This document shows, piece after piece, positions 40,231-51,555 of a stretch of 64,000 nucleotides of DNA. Source of the DNA: Camelus dromedarius. Lineage: Eukaryota. A program made the translations under genes and the position numbers. The stretch's first letter is position 1. Each line of letters starts with the position of its first letter. The stretch covers positions 108,564,001 through 108,628,000 of the forward strand of contig NC_087437.1 of the NCBI RefSeq assembly GCF_036321535.1, given 5' to 3'. The notes beneath the pieces are model-generated. The model was not told the origin of the DNA, searched no databases, and saw only the letters and a program-made list of their open reading frames with translations.

Positions 40231-41344
40231 CAAGAGAGAGCTGAGTATCTCTTCCTGGTGTAAATGCCAGCTGGGCCACTTAAACCTCATCAGTTCCTGT
40301 CACTTAGGTCTGCCTTTCAGAAAACTCTCTGTGACACAGGAAACAGTCACCTGGAGAGGCCAGGAGCCTAGGCACCAAAACAGGAGGACCCAGGACCCAG
40401 GAAAATCCTCCAGAGATGACCATGACCCCCAACACCCTGCAGTAGAGGCATTTCTCACCCTGTAACAGTGCACAAACTGACTGTCACAGGTAGGGTCACT
40501 CATTCCATGGAAGTCACCTAGAGCACAGGCACTTGGGGGGCACCTGGATTTACCATGGGGACACAGCAGGCCGTACTGCTGCCCTCACGGAGCTTGGGCC
40601 CTAGTGATTTTAATGCACCTTGCTTTCAATTAGTTTTCCCTGATAGAATTATCAGGAAATGACCAGTTTGATGGGCTATGACCACATTGAGAACATTAGC
40701 TACCTCCTGAAATGTTCCCGCACTAGGTCGTAAACCACGATTGAAACGTAAGTAAAGGTCTCCTTTTCCTGAAGCTAATGCGCACTTAAACTGAGACCGG
40801 AGAAAAGGCCTGAGTTAGGCCTTCACAGACACTCTCTTGAGAAATTAGGAAAAGGAGCAAAGGTAAGTTGACGTGCACGTTTTATTACTCTATCTTGAAG
40901 ACCTAAATAGCTTCCTCCCTCTTCATTTTCAGTTGCTGAACCACAGCATCTCCCTGTTTGGCAGGAATGAAGAAAACAGGCCATTCTGATTTTTGTTTTT
41001 CCCACTGAGAATATGGACGTGGTCACTCCGCTATTATAGGAAGGATTTATGAGGACATTTCAAACACAACTAATTAAAGAAGGGTTTCCTGAAATTGGTA
41101 TGTCTGTATTTAGCTACAATTAGAAGGAACTAAATATAAAATGCTACAGATGAAAATAAACAGAATTACTCAGAAGAGAGGAGGGAGAAGTTTAAGCAAA
41201 TGTTAACAAGTTCTGAGCAAAATGGGAGCCGTCTTCTCCATAGCATTCTTTTTTAAGCCTTGTCAGTTGGTAGAAATCTAAGTCCTCAATTTTGAAAACA
41301 ATTCTATGAGCAAAAAGCTGATCTGTCACACTCTGGAACTGGTC

Positions 41345-41537
41345 ACAGTCTAAACTTTCTGCAATGATGGAAATGGTCTATATCTGTGATAAGGTGGCCA
41401 ATAGCCATGTGTGAAATTCAATGAAAGTCACTGAAATTCAACAGAACTAACAATTCAGTTCCTGAGTCGTAGTGGCCACATTCTAAGTGCTTAATAGCCA
41501 CGTGGGTGAGTGGCTACCATTTTGGGGCAGCACAGTC
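41345..41537. mobile_element. MER3-like hAT MITE
   Basis: aactttctgcaatgatggaaat..tatatctgtg..tagccacgtg..agtggctaccattttgg..cagcacag. Confidence 0.8.
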
Positions 41538-43214
41538 TAGAATCTAGGAAAGATGTTTATGTGAGAACTGAATATACATATTCAAAGCTTGCCAAGTGAG
41601 GGTGGAAATGGAAAATGTTTCCAAAAAAACTTCTGTGGAGCATGAGAAGAAAGGTCCACTTTGTATCATCTGGAGGATTTTTCCCTCTTTTCATCACGTT
41701 TCAGCCAATAATTAAAACAAGTCAGCAGAAATGTTGATCCCAATGCCTCGGACAAATTCTTAAGTCTTCCCTGGAAAAGTCTCTTGATACGGTTTTACAC
41801 AACCTGCCCATAGAAAGTACGCTTTCCAAGCACCCAGTGTATGTTTTTCGTGTGAATTCACTTCGCTGGTCCTTTGAGTATATTTAAAATGGAAATTCTC
41901 CCTACATAAAGCATATCTATATCTTAGTAACCACACCTCCCAAGCTCGTTCCATGAAGCAGGTTTCTCTATTTAGTTTTGTCTATTTCTGCAACTCAGAC
42001 CACACAATAAGATTTCCAAACTGGCAAGAAAGATAAAAATAGACAAAGCCCTTTACTGAGCAGGTAAGCCTCTGGAAATATCTTTACTTCCCTATGAGAG
42101 CTGACACAAAGCAGGAACTCAGTTGACCTCAGGTCAAGATGTGAAGACTAACCACAGATTTCTGCCCACTTTTCAGGCAATGGGTACCATAGTCCACACA
42201 TGGATGGTGGAGTTGATTCATGAATTAATTCATACAAAGTATATAAAGTGTAGTTTGAGTGGATTTTGTATGACTGAAGAGATCTCCTTAACCAGCTTCA
42301 GTTTCATGCTCAAGGTCATCACTCCTATGATATTCTTATAATCTCAGAATTAAAGTGAAGCCAGAAGTTATCAAAAGCATCCTTCCATATCTGCCTGCCC
42401 CAGAAGTTCCTGGAAATGATTTGCTTTACTTTTCTGGGGTCTGTTCCAGTCTGGAAAGATGGTAAACAGTCTAGCAGGTCAGTCCCCTTCAAGGAAATCC
42501 CTTCAAGAAGAAAAACAGTCTGGGGCCAACCAGGGTTCAGTCTGCCTCAGGTAGTCTTGAGGAGATCCTGTCTGGGGATTTCCACAAACCCATCATCATT
42601 ATCGACATCTGGACCATTTTCAACCAGAGATTAGACATTGGCCTTGGGTGAACTGTATTTGGAACTTGCATCCGTGAAACCTGACTGCTGATAAACATAT
42701 TAATAAGCACGTCACCTTTTTGAAAATTGTTTAATGCATTTTGTTACCTACAGGGCACTAATTATAAATGCTTGTTTATGTGACCTCTAATAAAGTTACT
42801 AATGTGGTGTACATACTCCCTAAGCTGGTTGTTTGGTTAACAGATGCATCCTTTACCTCCAAGGTACCTGAGGAGTATTTGTTCCTTTACCTTCACACTT
42901 ACTGGATCAGTCTCAAAACAAACGCAGTCCCAAATCCAAACCCTATTCCTAAGGTTGGGCCAAAACAGATGGTCCCCACGGGAAGCAATGAGAAAAATTA
43001 AATGTGCCCAGGCCAACACTATAATTAAACTCGCCTCCAATGTTAAGCACAGGATTTTGCCTCAAAAAAAGATGACACAGGGTCATGCTTGTGATGTATT
43101 TGAATCATAGAAGCATTTAATCGGGGGGAGGGGAAGATGAGGGAGGGCAACATGCCCATAGAAGAGTTCAAACTTAATGCAGGGAGCCTTCCTCAGAGGG
43201 TCAGCGAGCCCAGG

Positions 43215-43425
43215 TTTAGATGTTGGCAAACTGTGTACAGCCAAATCTTCCCCCTGCTTTTATAAATAAAGTTTTATTGGAACACAGCCACACCAGCCAG
43301 TGTACCTATTGTCCGTGGCTGCTCTCAGGTACAATGGGCAGAGCTGTGATAGAGGCCATGTGGCCCCAAAAGTTGAAAATATTTACTGCCTGGACCTGAA
43401 GAGAAAAAGTTTGCAGATCTGGCTT
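43215..43425. mobile_element. MER58A-like hAT MITE
   Basis: gttggcaaact..gccaaatc..tttataaataaagttttattggaacacagccacacc..aaaaagtttgcaga. Confidence 0.85.
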
Positions 43426-43515
43426 TTAGAGTTTCAGATTTTGCTTTTAAAAAAAATGGTCATTATTGGAGTTTCTGAAGCAATTACTTTTTCTGGTTAA
43501 AAAAATGAACAAGGG

Positions 43516-43673
43516 GGCACAGAGAACTCTTCAATATCTTGTAGTAACCTTTAACGAAAAAGAATGTGAAAACGAATATATGTATGTGTATGTATGACTG
43601 AGACATTATGCTGTACACCAGAAATTGAAGCAACATTGTAAACTGACCATATATGAATTAAAAAAAAAAAAAA
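43516..43673 (+). mobile_element. Short lineage-specific L1 3' end with poly(A)
   Basis: gcacagagaac..caatatcttgtagtaacc..ctgtacaccagaaattga..cattgtaaactgac followed by an A run. Confidence 0.85.
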
Positions 43674-44681
43674 GAATGAGGGCGAAAACTGAACTGTGTC
43701 TGTATGTCCGTCACAGAGTCACACGTGTGCTTCAGTCCAAAAGGCACCCTCTGTCTCATCACTTTGTTGTCATAAGTTCTGAGAATAATTCTTTCTTTGT
43801 TAACATTTGGTAAACTTATCTTTAGGAACTTGAAAGAAGGATGGGAACATCTCTGCAGTTTAATTTCCAAATAGAGTGAAATCTAACCTCGGGATTCTCC
43901 AAGTGGGTAGCTAGAATAACAATGTATCGCCTAGAGGCTTTTCAAGGCGATGCTGTTGATTGGGACCTTGTAGTGCAGGCCATGGCAGTGAACTTGAAAA
44001 ACAGGCATATTGGCCTGTCCAAGTTTTCGCCATAAATAATCATTTTTAAAAGGGTTCCGGTAACTTACCCACTGGGGAAAAAAAAAAAGGAGAGCGGGGC
44101 AAGGATGCAGTGGTTTGTCACTAAAAGCACCATGTGTAATGTCATGCTGCCCTCTGCAGTATTTCGATATTTTTCACCCAAACACGGGAATTTTAATGAG
44201 CTCTATAGACACGTGGCCATTCTATTGAGGAAGAAAAGTTTTGCGCACACAACAGTAAGAGGAAGTTTTAGACCAATATTTTCTCTTTTATCACGATCCC
44301 CATTCCTCCCCACCTACACGCCACCATTTTTAAGTTTGCTCTATTTCCTGGTGATGCTTTCATACGCATAGTGACATTAAATATGGACATGAATGAACAT
44401 GCTGTTCCTGATTAAGGTGCCCTGTTCAAAAATGCTGTGGTTTGGTTTCCACTCACACCCTTGCAAGTGCCAAGTGGGTAGCAACGGTGGGATATGGTGA
44501 CAGCAGGGGTGACATCCTAACTCCAGGAAAGCCTGTTTAAAAAAAAAAAAAAACTTCAGAAACTTGAGGGCAAAAGAAATTTAAGGGGAGTGTTAGCTTC
44601 AGGAGCACATACACTAAAATTAGACCGATGCGAGAAGATGAGCAAGGATGAGGCACAAACTCCCAAAGTGTTCCATGTTAA

Positions 44682-44704
44682 TAGGTAGGTAGGTAGATAG
44701 ATAA

Positions 44705-44764
<60 letters not shown>

Positions 44765-44786
44765 GCAGGCAGGCAGGCAGATAGAT
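44682..44786 (+). repeat. Compound (TAGG)(TAGA)n(GGCA) microsatellite
   Basis: Read directly. Confidence 0.95.
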
Positions 44787-44796
44787 TCTAAGGGGA

Positions 44797-45334
44797 TGTA
44801 TCTGTTTGCTGAGGCTGCTGTAACAAGGTACCACAGACTCGGCCACTTAAACCACAGAGAATTCTTGTCTCACAGTTCACGAGGCTGGAAGCCCAGATCA
44901 AAGTGTCGGCGGGTTTGGTTTCTTTCCAGATCCTCTTCCCTTGGCTTGTTGATGGTCGTCTCCCAGAGTCTTCACATGGTCTCCCTTCTGTGTGTTGGTG
45001 CCCTAATGTCTTCTTATAAGGACACCGGTCATTAGATGAGGGCCCATCCTGGTGGCCTCATTTAACCTGAATTACCTCTTAAAGACCCTATTTCCAAAAC
45101 TATAATGGAAAAGAATCTGAAAAAAAAAAAATATATATATATATGTATATATTATGTGTAACTGAATCACTTTGCTGCCCACTTGAAACTAACATTGTAA
45201 ATCAATTACACTTCAACGACAAACAAAATTTTAAAAAGACCCTGACTCCAAATACAGTTATATTCTGAGGTGCTGGGGGCAAGGAATTCTACATCTCAGT
45301 GGGGAGGGGAGAGGACACAATTTAGTCCGTAACA
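44797..45334 (-). mobile_element. MaLR LTR (MLT1A0-like) with nested L1 tip at about 45099-45235
   Basis: ggctgctgtaacaaggtaccacagact..ttcttataaggacacc; L1 tip flanked by aaagaccct(att/gac)tccaaa direct repeat. Confidence 0.88.
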
Positions 45335-45439
45335 GAAATAAGTTAAAGTACTTGCTTCTAATGTTTGGATCTAAAATGAATAGAATACAATAAGGAATGG
45401 CGTTAGGATGCCCAGAAAGAAAAAATGGAATAAGGGAGT

Positions 45440-45560
45440 GAGGGAAAGAAGGGAGGGAGGGAAGGAGGAAGGAAGGGACGGAGGGAGGGAGGAAGGGAGG
45501 AAGGAAGAGAGGAAGGAAGGAAGGAAGGAAGGGAGGGAGGGAGGGAGAGAGGGAGGGAGG
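45440..45560 (+). repeat. Degenerate (GGAA/GGGA)n polypurine tract
   Basis: Read directly. Confidence 0.9.
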
Positions 45561-46291
45561 CATCTTCCACTAAAGCATTGGCCTGATATTTCATCGTTTA
45601 GCTCCTCTGTACCACGGTAGTAAAGGACTGTTCTACGTATTCCCTTATCTGTTATTTCTCTCAATAAATGGAACAGCAGCCTCTGTTTTGTTACGATCTC
45701 TGCTATACATGAGGCTTGGACTGGGTAGTTTACACACACTATCTTATTTGATAATCACCTTTGCAAAACTCTTCAACCACCAAGTGCATTTTCAGAGAGC
45801 TATTTTATACAAAAATGGTTATAAAATACGTAAACCATATAAACCATATTTGTAACCATTCTGTTTTATGCTTTTAGGGAAAAGCTATAGGCAGGAAATC
45901 AAAAAGAGTAAATTATGAGCTGAACAGTTTTGTTTGTTGTTTCGGTCTTGCAGCAGTTGATACATTCTGGTGTGAGGATTTTATATGTCACCTGGCACGC
46001 TGCTTAGGTGCTTTTCACTGATAATTTTGAATCATAAAATGCACAGAGTCACTGACAATACAAACTTTAGCTCCCATCTAATACTCCCAGACAATAAATG
46101 AAGGATACCTAAAGCAGCCACTATCAGCAACAAAATCTATTTTGTATTTATGGGAAAAGCACAAATAAAGAATAATTGCTCCTTACAAGCATAATTCCAA
46201 TTGTTGCTACAAATGGGAAACACGTGTGATTATAGGCGTTCCACTTAGCTTACAAGATGGCCCCTTTGGGTGTGAACGTCTTGTGGGGTAA

Positions 46292-46325
46292 TACTGCCCT
46301 CTGGTGTTCTATGCGAAGTATTGCA
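46292..46325 (-). promoter_or_regulatory. Candidate CTCF site with upstream (ZF9-11) motif
   Basis: Minus strand TGCAATAC-ttcgcata-GAACACCAGAGGGCAGTA; core close to CCASYAGRKGGCRS and upstream part close to TGCAGTAC. Confidence 0.6.
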
Positions 46326-46994
46326 CATCTAGTTCTGCAGAGTCCCCTGGATGAGTTTAACAATATTCCTGGTCCCCTTTTATTCATTTTGTTACTCCCC
46401 AGGTCTCTGGCAGATACAGAATCTGAGACGTACATATGGACACTGTGGAATCCTCATGTCATTTAAACTTCATAGATGACGTTCCCGGCCAGGAGGAGAC
46501 TGCTCTGGCTCCGCGATTTAGAGGTTCAGTTCTGGTTTTTTCCCGGCTATGCCCCTCCCTACAGATCAAGGGGTCCTGGGGCGCGCCCAAACCCTAGCCC
46601 TTGTCTTCCTGCTACTCGCCCCGATCTCACCTCCACCACCAGCTCCACTTTCTTGCATCCTAGCGATGCAGTGATGCTCTCATTTCACCTGAGGCTTTAA
46701 TGAACAGTAGCATGATCCCGCTTCCCACATATCATTTGCATTAGAGCAGCTTCCCGAAATATCATGACACACCTCTTCCTAGCAACGGTAACGAAAGGGA
46801 ATTTTAAGATACGTAAAGAGACCCATAGGGTAACTTTTCTCACCCCTTCAAATTATCCATGGTGTCCGCAAGGACCCGGGAGCATTTTCCAAACCTTAGA
46901 CCTCTGCTGCCACCTTCAGGAAGTCTGTCGTAACAGCATATTCTACCGCGACTGTTTACTTCATCAAAAAATGTTACATAAAGTTTGTTATCCA

Positions 46995-47125
46995 AGACAA
47001 GTAAGTCCTAGAGAGCTGCTGCAGGACACCGTGCCAATAGTTAACAGTGCTGCACTGTGCACGTCAATACACGTGGAGAGGGTAGATCTCATGTTGATTG
47101 TTCTTACAATAAAAACATAAAAGTT
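46995..47125 (+). mobile_element. L1MA-like 3' tip
   Basis: aagtcctagagagctgctg..atagttaacagtgctgcactgtg..gagagggtagatctcatgtt..ttcttacaataaaa. Confidence 0.7.
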
Positions 47126-47164
47126 ATTTGAAATAGAGGGAGAGAGAGGGATGGTGGGGAAGGA

Positions 47165-47258
47165 GGAAGGAAGGAAGGAAGGAAGGAAGGAAGGAAGGAA
47201 GGAAGGAAGGAAGGAAGGAAGGAAGGAAGGAAGGAAGGAAGGAAGGAAGGAAGGAAGG
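47165..47258 (+). repeat. (GGAA)~23 microsatellite
   Basis: Perfect array read directly. Confidence 0.97.
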
Positions 47259-47534
47259 GAGGGCAGGCTAGCTACCAGGAGTAACGTATCTGAATCTTGT
47301 AACAGAGCCAGCTAAGAAAGGAGTGGCTGTCATCCACTTTATGATATTTCATAAATCTTGTAACACTTTTTATCAAATACTAGAATCAATCAAATAACAA
47401 AATAAGAAAAATACCTAACACTACATCTATAAGGTATATATATAATAATAAGTAATAAAAGCAGATAAAGTCATGTTTTTAATATAGTAAAACTATATGC
47501 TATAAATAATATATACACATCCTACAGTTAGAAC

Positions 47535-47790
47535 AGCTGGCACTTAGCATAGTACTTAGTCTGTGGCCAGCACGGTTCTCTGTAGTTTATCATTGTTACC
47601 ATGTTTACACCTTTAATTGTCTCAACAACTCCATGGAGTGGATACTATTATTACCTCTATTTTACAGAGGAGGAAACTGAGATTCCGAGAAACTCTCATG
47701 TCTAAAGTTTCTCAGCTAGTGTGCGGCGGAGCTTAGATTTGAGCCCTGTCTGTCTGTCTGTCTTCAAAGTCAACTTTCCTCGCCACGCAG
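47535..47790 (-). mobile_element. MIR SINE
   Basis: tactattattacctctattttacagaggaggaaactgaga..cagctagt..ggagcttagatttgagccc. Confidence 0.8.
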
Positions 47791-47879
47791 TGAGCGCCTG
47801 TGAGTTCAGTAAGCTGGATGATAACGAGAAGGCATGATGCTGTGGAATTAAGAAAAATTAGATCCAGTGTCACCCCTGC

Positions 47880-48915
47880 GTTCAGTCACAAGTACTGCTG
47901 GGGCACATGAGAGAAGCGAGGGCCTTGCTCAGCAGCGCATACACTAGCATGAAGAAGAGCAACAGAAAATAGGTATTTTTTTAGAAAGGGTATATGTGTG
48001 ATAAGTATTGCTTATAACATACATAAGCCATGTTGAAAGTCAAAATAGGGCGACGTGACAGAAAGTGACCGAGAAGCTGTTTTATATTGGGTGGTCAGAA
48101 AAGAGATGATATTAAACTAGAGCCAATCAGGAAAAAATATTTTTTCCCAAATTTTCCAAATACTTTTTTTTTAATTTTTTAAAATTGAAGAATAATCAGT
48201 TTACAATGTTGTGTCAATTCCTCATGTACAGCACAATGTTTTAGTCATACATATACATACATATATAATAAAGATCAGGGAGGGAATAAGTAAGAGATTT
48301 TTTTTAAATAGAAGAAAATCAATCAAACCAAGAGCTGCTTTTGTGAAAGAGTGAAAAAAAAATTTTAATATATCTGTAAGAAGTTCTATGGAGTTAGAGC
48401 ATTTCAGAGAGACGTAAGAGCTGGTTAGAGAAGCATCTGACATGCTTGAAGAGCACAGACAAGTCCTACTGTCAGGAGTGAAAAAGGAAGGGAGAGGGTG
48501 GAGGACAGAGGTCTGAGCCCCAGGCATGGCTGCACAGAGGAGGGCTTGATAAACCAGGACCATGCATGGGGATTTTGTAGTGGGTTGGAAGAGAAGCCTG
48601 TGGAAGGCTTTAAGCCTACTAAAAGAAGATCACTCTGGCTGCTCTATGGAGAAAGGGGGTGAAGGAGCAGAAAAGAGAAGGATACCCAGTGAGAAATCAA
48701 GATGGGAAGATGCCTTCGACCAGTGGTAATGGGGGTTCACGCTTTCAGAGGGACGCGTTGCAAGCATTGCGTATGTACATTGTGGCCGTGGAGTCACCAG
48801 CTGTAACAGGCTTTCAGTATGGAAGGGGAGCATGAAGAGACGACCTGAAAATAATGCTCAGATGTGGGGAGTTGTGATGGCCTGGTGAGGAGGCGCTTTA
48901 TGGGCGAAGGGGAGT
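47880..48915 (-). mobile_element. L2 fragments (with an L1 tip at about 48165-48265)
   Basis: gaagatcactctggctgctctatggagaa..; gaaggctttaagc; gtactgctggggcaca. Confidence 0.6.
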
Positions 48916-49177
48916 AAATCTAGCACTATGTTGCAAGACCCCGATGGGAAGCCCATGATGTCTTTCGGATTGTGTGACTGTAGTTAAGCTGTTGAAACTT
49001 GCTGAGCGCCACTGGAATCACCTGTAAACATGCTGGAGTAGACCCCTCTGCAGCTCTCTCTGAGTCTACGTGGGATCCACTACAGTTTGCAGAGAATGTC
49101 TTTAAACCTTCCAGACCCACGGGAAATGATGAAAATATACATTAGCATATTTTGGATGATCCTGTGAGAAAGAGAGA

Positions 49178-49275
49178 AAAAGGAAGGAAGAAAGGAAGGA
49201 AGGAAGGAAGGAAGGAAGGAAGGAAGGAAGGAAGGAAGGAAGGAAGGAAGAAGAAAGAAAGATAAAAAGATAATA

Positions 49276-49330
<55 letters not shown>

Positions 49331-49445
49331 GAAGGAAGGAAGGAAGGAAGGAAGGAAGGAAGGAAGAAAAGAAAGGAAGGAAGGAAGAAGGAGGGAAGGA
49401 AGAAGGAGGGAAGAAGGAGGGAAGGAAGAAGGAGGGAAGGAGGGA
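49178..49445 (+). repeat. Compound (GGAA)n(GAAA)n(GGAA)n polypurine microsatellite
   Basis: Read directly; gives rise to the spurious PSFL-repeat ORFs. Confidence 0.95.
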
Positions 49446-50704
49446 AACACACACACAATTGTATTTAACCTTCAAAGGAAATGTCTAGAAATGTCCAGGA
49501 GTGAAGATGAATTTGCATTCTGGAGTCCCAATACTCCTACCTCATTACTGCTTTAAAATGAATTTTATGTTATGTAATTCTGAAAACTTCGAAGGGAAAA
49601 TTCCTCTGGACAGTAAGACTACCGTCCGCTTGTGGAGGAGCAGATGCTTTCAGTGAACGCTGTGGACTGGAGCAAGGTCTCTTCCACTTGTCGCTGCCAT
49701 TCTTCTTCACATCGGTTTCCACCAGGTGTTGGACCACTTGAGCTCAATTCTTTTCCTCGGGTTATTTTTAAAGGATTCTGCTGAGGTTTGAGGATTACTG
49801 CTGGAACACCTGGGTTTCCTAAAGAAAATTCCAAAGAATCAAAAATATTCTGAACACAGTGAATTGGAAATAAAGAAATGGAAAGAAAAAGTCCATCCTC
49901 TGGGAAAACATGCAGAATTTTCAGTTCTGTGGAGCTAAGCTGCATTTACAACGTGGTCCCTCTTTCCACTGTCAGAGAGGTTTCAGGGTAGGGTGGGAAT
50001 ATTCCTGCCTTGCTCCTTAGAACTTCCATAGAATTTTTGTTTTCCAGTTTGCTTTCTCCAAAACTTGGAGGCAACTGAATTATTCACATGAACAATCCAC
50101 CAAATCATCTATTTTTGAGCAAATTGACCTAGATTTTTATAAATTCTGTTGTACATTAAGCACCATATGCTTGGTGACTTAATTTTAAGACTGAAGATCT
50201 GTTACTTTAGATTCCTGTTGCAGGGTTAATTCATGCACTCAGTTGTGGGCTCTCCAAGTTGGCTCCACGTTTTAAGGCTACTATTGTAGGATATTCAGGC
50301 ATTGGCCAAAAGGTTGAACTACCTACCCGTTAAGGGTCCCTGAACCTAAAACCCAGAGTCTATGCCTCCATCAGAAACAAGGATATGATTTGTTTGTCAA
50401 TAGTAAAAATGTGATCAGTATCTTTATAATCATAATAATAGATACTCATATAGTGCTTTATAAGTTCCACACCCATATTCTCACAAGAACACACAAGGTA
50501 GATCCTGATTTGGTCTCATTTCTAGAGGAGGAAACTGAGGCAAAGTAGTTGAAATAACTTTCTCAAGGTCAGAGGTGCCTGCCTCCAGAGTCCATTTTAA
50601 GATACCTGAAAATGTAAACCTGTTTCTTGGCATGAAGGACCCAAAATCAAAGTTCTACACAAAATATCTAATGGCCATGTCACCTTTTAAAAAGTTTAAG
50701 AGTC

Positions 50705-51555
50705 TAGAATGGCCAAAATCTGAAACATGGACCACTCCAAGTGCTAGCAAGATGTGAAGCAATAGGAACTCTCGTTTATGGCTGATGGGAATACAAAATG
50801 GTGCAACCTCTTTGGAAGACAGCTCGGTGGCTTCTTACAAAAGTAAACATACTCCTACCATATGATCCATCAATCATGCTCCTTGGTATTGACATGAAGG
50901 AGTTGAAGATGTACACCCACGCAAAAACCTGCTCAGGAATGTTTGTAGCAACTTTATTCATAATTGCCAAAACTTGAATGCAAACAAGAGGCCCTTCAGT
51001 AGGTGAATGGATAAACCGTGGTCTAGACAGACAATGGAATATTATTCAGCAATAAAAACAAATGAGCCCTTAAGCCATGAAAGGCATGGAGGAAATGTTA
51101 ACACATACTACGAAGCGAGAGAAGCCAATCTGAAACAGCTCCCTACTGTGTAATTCCAACTATAGGGCTTTCTGGAAAAGGCAAAGCTACAGAGACAGTA
51201 AAAAGATCAGTGGTTTCTAGGTCTAGGGGGCTTAGCAGGGGGAATAAATAGGTGGAGCACAGAGGGTTTTTAGGGCAGTGAAAAGAGTCTGCATAAAATT
51301 ATAATGATGGATGTGTGTCATTATACATTTGCCCAAACTCATAGGCTGTACAACACCAAGAGTGAGCCCTAAGGTAAACTATGGACTTTGGGCGACTATG
51401 ATGTATTAATGTAGGCTCGTCGATTACGACAAATGTGCCACTCTGGTGGGGGATGCGGATGACAGATGAGGCTATGATGTGTGGGGGCAGAGAGTACATG
51501 GGAAATCTTTTTTCTATCTATTTTGCTAAAACTACTCTAAAAAAATAAGTATTTT
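50705..51555 (+). mobile_element. Old L1 (L1MC1-like) ORF2 end and 3' UTR
   Basis: gctccttggtatt..gagttgaa..gtggagcacagagg..tacaacaccaagagtgagccctaaggtaaactatggactttggg. Confidence 0.88.

Noticed and set aside
41970..42070. 65-nt plus-strand exon-like segment ending CAG|GTAAGC
   Set aside because: Stops in all frames and no other support
43924..43950. Hairpin atcgcct...aggcgat
   Set aside because: The 7-bp stem is too short for a pre-miRNA or structured RNA call
49080..49475. PSFL/LSFF-repeat ORFs (also at 45258-45739, and SIYL ORFs at 31198 and 44556)
   Set aside because: Translations of microsatellites
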